From positions 434,001 through 498,000 of the forward strand of contig NW_025767294.1 of assembly GCF_003918875.1 (NCBI RefSeq): a stretch of DNA of 64,000 bases, written 5' to 3'. The position numbers were made by a program, and so were the translations under genes. Within the stretch, counting starts at the first letter, position 1. Each line of letters starts with the position of its first letter. The notes under the pieces were generated by a model. It was not told where the DNA came from. It was given only the letters and a program-made list of their open reading frames with translations, and ran no database searches. The stretch is from Haliotis rubra. Taxonomy: Eukaryota. Shown piece after piece: positions 1 through 11,294 of the stretch.

Positions 1-1125
1 AAAGGTTATCATATACCTCCAAGTTTCCTTAAAGGTTATCATATACCTCCAAGTTTCCTTAAAGGTTATCATATACCTCCAAGTTTCCTTAAAGGTTATC
101 ATATACCCCCAAGTTTCCTTAAAGGTTATCATATACCCAAGTTTCCTTAAAGGTTATCATATACCTCCAAGTTTCCTTAAAGGTTATCATATACCTCCAA
201 GTTTCCTTAAAGGTTATCATATACCCCAAGTAAAGGTTATCATATACCCCCAAGGTTAAGTTTCCTTAAAGGTTATCATATACCTCCAAGTTTCCTTAAA
301 GGTTATCATATACCTCCAAGTTTCCTTAAAGGTTATCATATACCTCCAAGTTTCCTTAAAGGTTATCATATACCTCCAAGTTTCCTTAAAGGTTATCATA
401 TACCTCCAAGTTTCCTTAAAGGTTATCATATACCTCCAAGTTTCCTTAAAGGTTATCATATACCTCCAAGTTTCCTTAAAGGTTATCATATACCTCCAAG
501 TTTCCTTAAAGGTTATCATATACCCAAGTTTCCTTAAAGGTTATCATATACCTCCAAGTTTCCTTAAAGGTTATCATATACCTCCAAGTTTCCTTAAAGG
601 TTATCATATACCTCCAAGTTTCCTTAAAGGTTATCATATACCTCCAAGTTTCCTTAAAGGTTATCATATACCTCAAGTTTCCTTAAAGGTTATCATATAC
701 CAAGTTTCCAAGGTTATCATATACCTTTCCTTAAAGGTTATCATATACCTCCAAGTTTATCATATACCTCCAAGTTTCCTTAAAGGTTATCATATACCTC
801 CAAGTTTCCTTAAAGGTTATCATATACCTCCAAGTTTCCTTAAAGGTTATCATATACCTCCAAGTTTCCTATACCTCCAAGTTTCCTTAAAGGTTATCAT
901 ATACCTCCAAGTTTCCTTAAAGGTTATCATATACCTCCAAGTTTCCTTAAAGGTTATCATATACCCCAAGTTTCCTTAAAGGTTATCATATACCCCCAAG
1001 TTTCCTTAAAGGTTATCATATACCTCCAAGTTTCCTTAAAGGTTATCATATACCTCCAAGTTTCCTTAAAGGTTATCATATACCTCCAAGTTTCCTTAAA
1101 GGTTTTCATATACCTCCAAGTTTCC
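1..1125. repeat. 30-bp tandem satellite (AAAGGTTATCATATACCTCCAAGTTTCCTT)n, runs off the window start
   Basis: About 37 near-identical units with small indels; accounts for the repetitive ORF 256-519. Confidence 0.98.
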
Positions 1126-1262
1126 GCAGGCTGTTGGCATACCTATTTCGGAAACTACCATATGAGATCATTATCATCTTATCATATACCTCCGAGTTTC
1201 CGCAGGCTGTTGGCATACCTATTTCGGAAACTACCATATGAGATCATTATCATCTTATCATA
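1107..1262. repeat. ~75-bp direct duplication that starts with the satellite core
   Basis: TCATATACCTCCRAGTTTCCGCAGGCTGTTGG...CATCTTA occurs twice in tandem. Confidence 0.9.
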
Positions 1263-1734
1263 GGATACAGACAATACTGATACTGACGGACATATTTAAC
1301 GCGATGAATAACCCTATTGATGTGAATACCACTATTTGTTTTCAAGTATACACATCATTCACACAAGGATACAACCTATATGTACTACGTCGCTAATTGT
1401 TATATGTTAAAACAGTAACAGAATAAAGCCATAGGTTGATATTATTGACGTTCCAAATTGTTATATTGTAAAATGGCATGCCATTACTTATATCGTTCGA
1501 CAGCTTGATATTTATTGGCAACCTTGAATGTACTTTTATAATATGTTCTTGAAGTCTTGCTGTTCGGAGAATTATTGCATGTATTACGGAGGAAGATGTA
1601 GATTCTAATCTACAGTCCGAGAAAACTACGAACACTTCAAATATATTTCCTTGTGCGGGCCGGTGATTCATAGCAAATTGTGTTTTAACCATATGTCAAT
1701 CTGTTCTGTATTGGTGTGTGATGTTGGTTGTTTT

Positions 1735-1955
1735 GTTGTTTAACGCCGCACTCAGCAATATTCGCGCTTTATGACGGCGGTATGTCAGTAGTCGAGTGTG
1801 GAACAGACACTCCAGTGACCAGCAGTATGAACATCGATCTATGCAGCTGGGATGCGATGACATGTGTCAACCAAGTCAGCGAGCCTGACCACCCGATCCT
1901 CTTGCGACAAGCATGGGTTACTGAAGATCAATTCAAACCCGGATCTTAACGGGTC
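1735..1955 (-). mobile_element. Family B short retroposon (non-tRNA structured head), internally deleted
   Basis: Reverse complement matches the family B copies at 30318 and 42668. Confidence 0.85.
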
Positions 1956-2277
1956 ACGACACATTATAAACACGGGCTGTAGATAGCCAGCATCGGAAGG
2001 TAAATCACCACACAAGAGACTAAGGGACAGTGAGTTTACTACCTGCATGGATTGTACCTGCTTTTACACTCACTTTTCAAATTTATAGAAACAATTTCCG
2101 CATTTCGGAAATGTATGCTGTTATGAAAAATTGTCAAATTTGTACTTCTTAGTACAGACAATATCATGTAAAAATATGTAGAATGTTAATAACTCGAGTC
2201 TTAAATGTTACACCAACGTTTTTAATGTTTTCATACTGTTCAATGCTAACAAGCAAAGATCACTAATGAGAGTGAGT

Positions 2278-2658
2278 NNNNNNNNNNNNNNNNNNNNNNN
2301 NNNNNNNNNNNNNNNNNNNNNNNNNNNNNNNNNNNNNNNNNNNNNNNNNNNNNNNNNNNNNNNNNNNNNNNNNNNNNNNNNNNNNNNNNNNNNNNNNNNN
2401 NNNNNNNNNNNNNNNNNNNNNNNNNNNNCGNNNNNNNNNNNNNNNNNNNNNNNNNNNNNNNNNNNNNNNNNNNNNNNNNNNNNNNNNNNNNNNNNNNNNN
2501 NNNNNNNNNNNNNNNNNNNNNNNNNNNNNNNNNNNNNNNNNNNNNNNNNNNNNNNNNNNNNNNNNNNNNNNNNNNNNNNNNNNNNNNNNNNNNNNNNNNN
2601 NNNNNNNNNNNNNNNNNNNNNNNNNNNNNNNNNNNNNNNNNNNNNNNNNNNNNNNNNN
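2278..2658. other. Assembly gap (N run)
   Basis: N bases with an isolated CG at 2429-2430. Confidence 0.99.
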
Positions 2659-2931
2659 GTGTATACCAATAAACAATACTCTTCATGTAAGTTATTTGAA
2701 TAAAATTGATTAAGTATATACGTGCCATATGTTCTCGTATTAATGCATATGATTGGTGCCTGAATAAGGCTTTAAATTACCGTCACACGTGTGCATTACA
2801 AACAAACACTTTTCTCTATTAGCGTCACCTCAGTACAGCATATGAATAGATTATATATCCCTGTGGGGATTTAGGGCTGGAATGGATCCCAGGACCCTAC
2901 GTTGGTCGTAAACAGGGATCCACCTAATAGG

Positions 2932-3070
2932 AGTGAGTGAGTGAGTTTGGTTTTACGCGGCTTTCAGCAATATTCCGGCAATATCACAGCGGGGTACACC
3001 AGAAATGGGCTTCACACATTGTACCCGTGTGGGGAATCGAACCCGAGTCTTTGTCGTGACAAGCGAACGC
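2932..3070 (-). mobile_element. Family A tRNA-derived SINE, 5' truncated
   Basis: B-box GGTTCGATTCCC, body CACA..GGGTACAATGTGTGAAGCCCATTTCTGG and (CACT)n tail on the minus strand. Confidence 0.9.
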
Positions 3071-3597
3071 TTTACCCTAATCCGGTGGATAGGCTCAACG
3101 GATGCAATTACAGGGTATCAATGTACCCCGATGGCGTGGATATTTTGCATAATATCTATCACTGTGTTTTCCAAACAAGCAACGTTGCACCTGTTTGCTC
3201 GTTCGTTGCTTAACGCCGCTCTATTCCAGTTCTTTGATGGAGTATGGACCAGACACTCCGGTGATTACCATGATGGGCACATTATCTGTTGTGTTTGCTC
3301 ACTGACCTAACTGATCACATTTAAGTAATCATAAAAAAATTATTTACAGTACAGACAAGACTGTTAAAAAGTAAATACAAGTACAAGTCTATATTTACAA
3401 ATGTTTCCAAAGATGGCTCTGCTCATGCAAAGGTTCATGAGATTCTTAAGTCGCTGGAATTGGTCTCGAAGATTTTGCTCGGCCAGGTAAGCATACATTG
3501 CCATGGCATTGTCCATTATTAATGCTACTACTACCGGCCAATGTGTCATCGTCTCTTGCTGGCTACCGGTAAGTCAGGTAACTCTTACCCTAGGTGT

Positions 3598-3785
3598 GTG
3601 GCGGTGGTCTGCAAAACAATCTAGTCTTGACCACACAATCAGCAGTGATCAACAGCATTAGCATCGATCTACGCAATTGGGATACGGTGACGTGTCAACC
3701 AAGTCAGCAAGCCTGACCAACCGATCGGTTAGTCGCCTCGTACAAGCATGGCTTGCTGAAGATCAATTCTAACTAGGATCTTCAG
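3598..3785 (-). mobile_element. Family B retroposon
   Basis: Matches the family B body and head on the minus strand. Confidence 0.8.
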
Positions 3786-4804
3786 CTGTATCAATTCACT
3801 ATGTCTGATTTGTATAACGGTATATCATGTTCAATGTCACATGTTGCAGGGTAAGAGGACCACGTCACCGAACCTGATCATACGACCCATGAAGACGGAA
3901 CTGGATTTCGACAATATACAATGTGACATGTTCAACCGCTTCATATATCCCATCAAGGTCATATAATGTATAAATGCAAATAAGCAAAACTGTCTATAAT
4001 GGTATTCTAATGTAATTTATGACGAATGAACATGCAATGTGTTCTCGTATAAATGCATATAATTGGCATATCAGTAACGTTTTGTAATTACCGCTACTTA
4101 CACGTGTGCATTATAATGTTTGTTTGTTATTTTTGTTGAGTAACGCCGCACTTGGCAATATTCCAGCTTTGTGATTTGGATGAGATATCTTGGAGAAATA
4201 TAAAAGCAAATCCGTTAGGACTGTGGGACTGACGCGATTTCATTGACATTTTGATTTCTCAACCACACCAATTTTTTTCAGGCAAGATAGAGACAGTAGC
4301 TTCAACAACCTTGGCAGTGGAACGGTGTTTGGACGTTAACGCCAAAATGGTCTTTAAATGTTATCCTCTGAAACTGACGAAGCGAGTTCATGTTATACAT
4401 GACTGTTATACGTACCTGTAATTTTATGTGAATAAATGTATATGAAATCCCACAAAGATAATAACGTATTTTCTAGCGTCACAAGTGATTATTATGTTTT
4501 CATAGCAAAGGTCGTTCAGGGCATCTAGGTTGACATTGAGCTGTAGTAGCTGAATCGTAGCTTGCAAAAAAAAAGTATTTACTTCTTCTGTCATCAATTG
4601 CACACATTCGGCAAATGTTCATTGGTTTATAATATCAACTGTTTTATAAATTCAACTGTTGGTGTTGAGTTGATTCTGTCGGAATAAGGACATTCAACAA
4701 CGTCAGGTCGTGGTGGTATTCAGTCACTCAAAGGAAGGCCAATTCCACCCAATTCATATCAATCGCTCCTTGCAACAAGGATATACAAGGGATGACACTG
4801 AGTC

Positions 4805-5320
4805 CCAGGAACCTATTTACATTTACAGATATGTGTGCAGTTGGTCTTCAGTAACCCATGCTTATTGTAAGGGGCGACTAGTGAGTGAGAGTGAGTGAGT
4901 GAGTGACAGGAACCTATTTACATTTACAGATTTGTGTGCAGTTGGTCTTCAGCAACCCATGCTTATTGTAAGAGGCGACTAGTGAGTGAGTGAGTGAGTG
5001 AGTGACAGGAACCTATTTACATTTACAGATTTGTGTGCAGTTGGTCTTCAGTAACCACTGCTTATTGTAAGAGGCGACTAGTGAGTGAGTGAGTGAGTCA
5101 CAGGAACCTATTTACATTTACAGATTTGTGTGCAATTGGAGTGAGTGAGTCACAGGAACCTATTTACATTTACAGATTTGTGTGCAGTTGGTCTTCAGCA
5201 ACCCATGCTTATTGTAAGAGGCGACTAGTGAGTGAGTGAGTCAGTCACAGGAACCTATTTACATTTACAGATATGTGTGCAGCTGGCCTTCAGCAACCCA
5301 TGCTTATTGTAAGAGGCGTC
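4805..5320. repeat. ~95-bp minisatellite (~6 units) built from a family B head fragment plus (GAGT)n
   Basis: Repeated CAGGAACCTATTTACATTTACAG...GTAAGAGGCGACTA. Confidence 0.9.
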
Positions 5321-5500
5321 TAACGGGATCGAGTGGTCATTCCCGATGACTTGGTTGACACGTGTCATCGTATCCCATTTGCGTAGATCGATGCTCATAC
5401 AGTTGATCACTGCATTGTCTGGTCCGGACTCGATTATTTTCAGACCACCATCATGCAGCTGAATATTGCTGAGTACGGCGTAAACCTAAACTCACTCACA
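5285..5500 (+). mobile_element. Family B retroposon
   Basis: Family B body plus tail GCTG..AATATTGCTGAGTACGGCGTAAA..(CACT). Confidence 0.85.
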
Positions 5501-5900
5501 CTCATTTTGTGTGTTCTCTTGTCATGCAATAACCCTGTTGGCTACAAGACTGACTGACTGAGTACGGCGTAAACCTAAACTCACTCACACTCATTTTGTG
5601 TGTTCTCTTGTCATGCAATAACCCTGTTGGCTACAAGACTGACTGACTGAGTGCGGCGTAAACCTAAACTCACTCACACTCATTTTGTGTGTTCTCTTGT
5701 CATGCAATAACCCTGTTGGCTACAAGACTGACTGACTGAGTGTGGCGTAAACCTAAACTCACTCACACTCATTTTGTGTGTTCTCTTGTCATGCAATAAC
5801 CCTGTTGGCTACAAGACTGACTGACTGAGTGCGGCGTAAACCTAAACTCACTCACACTCATTTCGTGTGTTCTCTTGTCATGCAATAACCCTGCTGGCTA
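5467..5900. repeat. 89-bp minisatellite x5 (retroposon tail plus flank)
   Basis: Units begin at 5469, 5558, 5647, 5736 and 5825. Confidence 0.95.
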
Positions 5901-6319
5901 CGAGAGGTTAATTGTTCAGTTATTTATGATCCTAGTGTAATTTATAGCAGCTCGAAATACAGACTTTTATAATATAAAAGTGTGTGGCTCTGACGTAAGT
6001 ATTTTGATGAATCAATATAGGTTCTACGTGCAGCAATGTGTTGCTCACGTTGCAGCTTGGAGAGAATAGTAGTTCGGTGAACATGTCGACGTGTTCGGTG
6101 AAGATACCTTGTCGTAAGTGGTGGGCGAGGTTTTGGAAGCTTGGCAAAGGGATGGAGCCGATTTCTGGTGTCCCCACCAATATTGCTGGAATAATGCTAA
6201 AAGCGGCGTAAAACTGAACTCACTCACTCACTTTCCAAATGGTACGGTTTTTAGTGTGGATGACCACTGATTGTAACGTAACTAGTTGTAATGACGTCAT
6301 TTCTATAGCGGCTAGTATC

Positions 6320-6598
6320 CAGCTGACTAGTTGCTGACTGGCCGCTGTAGTCAGAATCTGATTATTGTTAACCCAGATAACCCATCTGACTAGTTGCTCA
6401 CTGGCCGCTGTAATCAGAATCTGATTATTGTTACCCCAGATAACCCATCTGACTAGTTGCTCACTGGCCGCTGTAGTCAGAATCTGATTATTGTTACCCC
6501 GGATAACCCATCTGACTAGTTGCCCCGGATAACCCATCTGACTAGTTGCTGACTGGCCGCCGTAATCAGAATCTGATTATTGTTAACCCGGATAACCC
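6320..6598. repeat. ~63-bp minisatellite x~4
   Basis: CTGACTAGTTGCT...GATAACCCAT repeated. Confidence 0.9.
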
Positions 6599-7085
6599 AA
6601 GCTGCCTTTTAGGCTCTAGAAGGTTATAGTCACATGACGTTTTCCAACCGGGTACCCATTTTCTGCTGGGTGAACAGAGGCAATTTCGAACAAACTCACT
6701 TGCCTAAGGTGAGACCACATGTATCACATGTGCTTCGTTGTGGGGCAGGACTGAAGTCTTAGAAACTCTCAGGAGTCCAGCTGGATCCAAGGACTCTCCG
6801 AGCTCGACATTGCTTAACTTCAACTGATTCGTGACCTGAACTCTACGCACGGGACCACACACCGCCACGATTGTATGTGTAGCTAACTGAAATCAGTAGA
6901 TGGCTATTAAAGCAGAGCTGGAGAAAGTTGTGAAACTGGAAAGCAGTGAATCTGGAACGTTGTTGCCTCGTGTGCGAATTGTCGCCCAGTGCAAAGCAGT
7001 GATGAATAACGTAAACCACATACATGTATACTGCAGGATCGATATTGTTAGGACTGAAAATTATACAAGTTATATTTGATGACTC

Positions 7086-7310
7086 AGTGAGTGAGTGGGT
7101 TAAAATTTAACGTCACCTCGGCAACATTTCAGCCATATAGTGTCAAGAAAGATTTTACATACACAATAAATACAAATTGTTAATGACCTGTCATTGAAGG
7201 ACTGTTAAATAACTGGAGTATCACAGATGGTGTTTAAAACTAGCATGTAAATCTAAAATCATGTCTGTTGAAAGACAATTTGCGAACGTACACCGAATAA
7301 GGGGTTATAA
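7086..7310 (-). mobile_element. Family D retroposon 3' fragment
   Basis: Tail ..ATATGGCTGAAATRTTGCCGA.GTGACGTTAAA..(CACT)n on the minus strand; related copies at 11686, 14430, 21769 and 43135. Confidence 0.7.
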
Positions 7311-7469
7311 AAAGACTGATATCAATTACAGCGTTCCACAGTGGCAGGTTGATTTGAAAGTCTGAGAGTGATCCTGACGTTTAAAGCTTTTATTCCCTGT
7401 AAGTTGCAGACAAAAACACATACCGGCATTAACGTTCAAGTATCTGGATTTGGTTGGGCCAGAGGTTTG

Positions 7470-7678
7470 TAGATGCCCGGGCACCATACTCAGCGGCCAT
7501 TGCCTGGAACAGACTACCACAAGACCTCCGTGACTCCGGAGAGCTGTCTACTTTCTGCTCACATTTCAAAACCTACCTCTTCAGAATCACTTTCGCCAAA
7601 TGATATTTTATTGTAATGCGCTTTGAGCATTCACAATGCATGCATATATGCACCATGTAGATGACTATGATTATTATC
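7470..7678 (+). mobile_element. L2/CR1-group LINE 3'-end relic
   Basis: Translates as WNRLPQDLR...FKTYLF, typical of the ORF2 C-terminus, followed by GCGCTTTGAGC and an (ATT)-type tail. Confidence 0.6.
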
Positions 7679-8001
7679 AGGATATATCTTTATCAGATTT
7701 CAAGGAATATCAAGAACAAGATACTGAGGGGTTCTAAGTTTCTCCACACACGTACACACCACCAGCTGCTGCAGTTGTAGAATTACTACAAATCAAAGAG
7801 TATACCATTGTTCTTAAGCATTGGTAAGATATGGAATCACCTGGAGTCACAGGTGTTCATAGATGGATACAAGGCATTTCCCAACTTAAAAGATCTGATG
7901 ACTTATTGCGAACTCACCGCAAGCTGGTAAACATGGGATAAGAAATAATGTGTGTGAATTCTCCAGTATGGAAAAACTGTCCAAATTAACAACTGCGTTT
8001 T

Positions 8002-8120
8002 TGAGTGAGTGAGTGAGTTTAGTTTTACGCCACCTCTAGCAATATTCGCGCAATATCACGGCGGGCGAACCAGAATAGGCTTCACACATTGTACCCATGT
8101 GAAGAATTGAGCCCGGGTCT
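8002..8120 (-). mobile_element. Family A SINE fragment
   Basis: Family A body and tail. Confidence 0.8.
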
Positions 8121-8980
8121 TGGACACTATAGCCATAGCTGCAGTGTTCAGAAAGCAAGTGAACGATTGCCATTCAAGCCGGCAATGTATGCCTGAATGC
8201 ATGCATGATGCACGTGCATCTCGATTTCAATGTTCTTTCTGTGCGAACTCTTCCCTTTCCACAAACAAAAACATTTCTAACCTCATTGTCAAACGATACT
8301 TTATTGGGCTAAACAGGCTATATGACCACGATTCAAGTCTCCCTCAAACTTGACTTCCGGTGTATATTTTTTATAAAAATAGATCCAAATACTCCATTGA
8401 TACTTAATGTCATTTCCAATATATATTTCAGAGCAACAGGCTGGTTTATTCCCTATGCACCATAACATGCTTGCCTGCTCACGCAAAATGACATCTTGAA
8501 TGTTCACATTCACCAATACATTCAACATTCAACATTCCAGGGTCACATTTGTTTGTTTGTTGTTTAAAGTCATGCTTTTCCATCGTGGTCACCAAGAGAA
8601 GTTTTATGTACGTGTTGAAAACCTATCATTGCAAAAATACAGGGATGCTTAATTAAGTTCTTTGTGTATACTTGAAACATTGCTGGAATATTTGTGTTTC
8701 AGGAATTATTATGCAAATGATAAAACCTAATAGCATGAAGTCAAAATAGTGGGGAACATATGAGGTATTATGTTTGTCAACTGACCTGTATTGAAGTCTC
8801 ATCTCACTGGCAAGTGGAAGTGGCGATGTTCAGGCCGCTGAACCCTTTCAGGGGAATTTTTATGAGCAACCTTGGTTCGGGGTAACCTCCATAGGTTGTG
8901 TTCTATAAAAAGTTAACCTTGGAACAATTACAAATCTTACCAAAACCGATCGAATTGGCTAATGTATAAATGTAACATTA

Positions 8981-9425
8981 TGTCAACCACCGATAATGCT
9001 GGTTGTGATATATGTTCACTTAAACCCAATAGACCCAGGAATGGAATAAGTATATGATAGGCCTAATCTGTCAACCACCGATAATGCTGGTTGTGATATA
9101 TGTTCACATAAAGCCAATAGACCCAGGAATGGAATAAGTATATGATAGGCCTAATCTGTCAACCACCGATAATGCTGGTTGTGATATATGTTCACATAAA
9201 GCCAATAGACCCAGGAATGGAATAAGTATATGATAGGCCTAATCTGTCAACCACCGATAATGCTGGTTGTGATATATGTTCACTTAACCCAATAGACCCA
9301 GGAATGGAATAAGTATATGATAGGCCTAATCTGTCAACCACCGATAATGCTGGTTGTGATATATGTTCACATAAAGCCAATAGACCCAGGAATGGAATAA
9401 GTATATGATAGGCCTAATCTGTCAA
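8981..9425. repeat. 88-bp minisatellite x5
   Basis: TGTCAACCACCG at 8981, 9069, 9157, 9245 and 9333. Confidence 0.97.
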
Positions 9426-9826
9426 GTGAGCAATGAACACTGATATACTCCTATCACAGCCGGTCCTGTGCATGTGTCACATATGATGACGTGCTGAATG
9501 TGATGCGGGAATAAGGTTTCTAAGCATGATACTTTTGCAATGAGATCCAGTAGCGAGGCGCATAAAATATGCTATCAGTGTGTAAAAGATGAGCGGGCAC
9601 AGAATGCTATTGACGTGTACATACAATTCACAGTGGTGATCCTATTCATTTGTGTGACTGTTGACCGCGGTTTATAAACAGTGCTGTCTGCACCAGACAA
9701 TGCATTGACCGACATCGAATTACGCAATTTGGACAGTGTCACAAGCATCAACCACGTTAGCGACCCGAACTACCCATGCTTATATTCTCTACATGCAAAT
9801 GCTAACATTCCTCAAACGTACACGTA

Positions 9827-10012
9827 CCAGAACATTGGAAACTCAGGGTAGGAAGTTGTCAACCAATGGATGCCAGAACATTGGAAACTCCGGGTAGGAA
9901 TTTGTCCACCAATGGATGCCAGAACATTGGAAACTCCGGGTAGGACGTTGTCCACCAATGGATGCCAGAACATTGGAATCTCCGGGTAGGAAGTTGTCAA
10001 CCAATGGATGCC
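9827..10012. repeat. 46-bp minisatellite x4
   Basis: CCAGAACATTGG at 9827, 9873, 9919 and 9965. Confidence 0.95.
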
Positions 10013-10267
10013 TGTCGTTAGGGGCTTCAGAAGATGGCGCCGCATGACTGATATGCCTGTTTTAAAGCTTAGTATATCGATGCAAGGCACTATAATTAAG
10101 GACATGTACAAATTATATTATATTTACAGATCACAGTCTTAAGTAGGGCTAATTACTGCGGCCCGTACATATTTGTGTATGCACAAAGTAAATGGCCAAA
10201 TGGTTTGCGGTGATTTTGCAATTAGTAATAACACGGCCAAGCGTAAGTGCGATACTTATGTGTCAGT

Positions 10268-10628
10268 GACCGCCTCCGTGGTGTAGTGGCTAGAGCGTCC
10301 GCCCGGAGAGCGGAAGGTCGCGGGTTCGATCCCTGACCGCGTCATACCAAAAGACGTTAAAATATGGTACTTGTTGGTCCCTACCTGGCGCTCGGCATTA
10401 ATGGGTACAACAAGGACTGGTCGGCTCGGAGTCAGTATAATGTGTCTGAGTGGGGTATTCATGCTTCACCGCGGCATGGTATCTCAGTGGGCTAGCACTA
10501 TAAAACCAGCTTAAGTCTGGGCTAGTACAAGCAGCCGCACATACACATACACACGCATGCACGTCGTCATATGAGCGAAATACTCTCAAGCACGACGTTA
10601 AACCCAATTTCACCTCCCCTCCCCTCAC
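10268..10628 (+). mobile_element. Full-length tRNA-headed SINE with a Meta-like central domain (family C)
   Basis: A box TGGTGTAGTGG and B box GGTTCGATCCC; central GTCATACCAAAAGACGTTAAAATATGGTACTTG resembles the MetaSINE domain; 12-bp TSD TTATGTGTCAGT/TTGTGTGTCAGT with one mismatch. Confidence 0.88.
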
Positions 10629-11294
10629 TTGTGTGTCAGTCATAATGCAGGATTACGATGAGCTTACAGGATGCTGCATTTGATCATGTATATTACATGT
10701 GTACGTAATAAGACAAGATCCCCGCATTTTACCCACCGATCACAAATACATGCAAAGGCAGGTGAACTGATCATCTGAAAGCTGTACATCAGACATTATA
10801 TTTGTCAGTGTCTTCAGTTTGTCTACCATAAGAATTTTGAAAGGTTTAGAAATGTATATATTGTAACATAATCAGCAGCATCCCTCTGGCCATACAGACG
10901 TGTTAACAGTGGTTGCCTAATCTGGGTTTTTTTGTCCATGGATCTATTTTATGGCGTACAAAAAGTTACCTCGAAAACATATAGTTCGGATTGAAACGCG
11001 AACTGACAATTTGATACAGCCAAATCAAGAGCCCTATCGTATTCGTAATAAAAAATAATAATATTTGTAACACAAGTGTCATGCGAACCTTACACCAACC
11101 ATACAAATAATATTAGATATGTCACAATAACTTCAATGTCACCACTGTGCTATATTATTTCCTTCCTAGCTCATTTCCTATTGATCATGAATTAAGTCTA
11201 TTTCCATTTATAAATGTGTCATCTACAGTATAAAATGATGACAGTTTAGCCTACAGACATTCAGAAGCTGTGGGCTTAGGAAGAAGAGAGGACG

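Noticed and set aside
256-519. MITFKETWRY repeat ORF
   Set aside because: By-product of the 30-bp satellite.
1393-1692. 99-aa minus-strand ORF
   Set aside because: No homology or splice support.
2208-2728. Poly-X ORFs and the isolated CG inside the Ns
   Set aside because: Assembly gap artefacts.
8981-9425. Regular arrays as possible CRISPR (also other minisatellites)
   Set aside because: No unique spacers and no cas genes; eukaryotic context.
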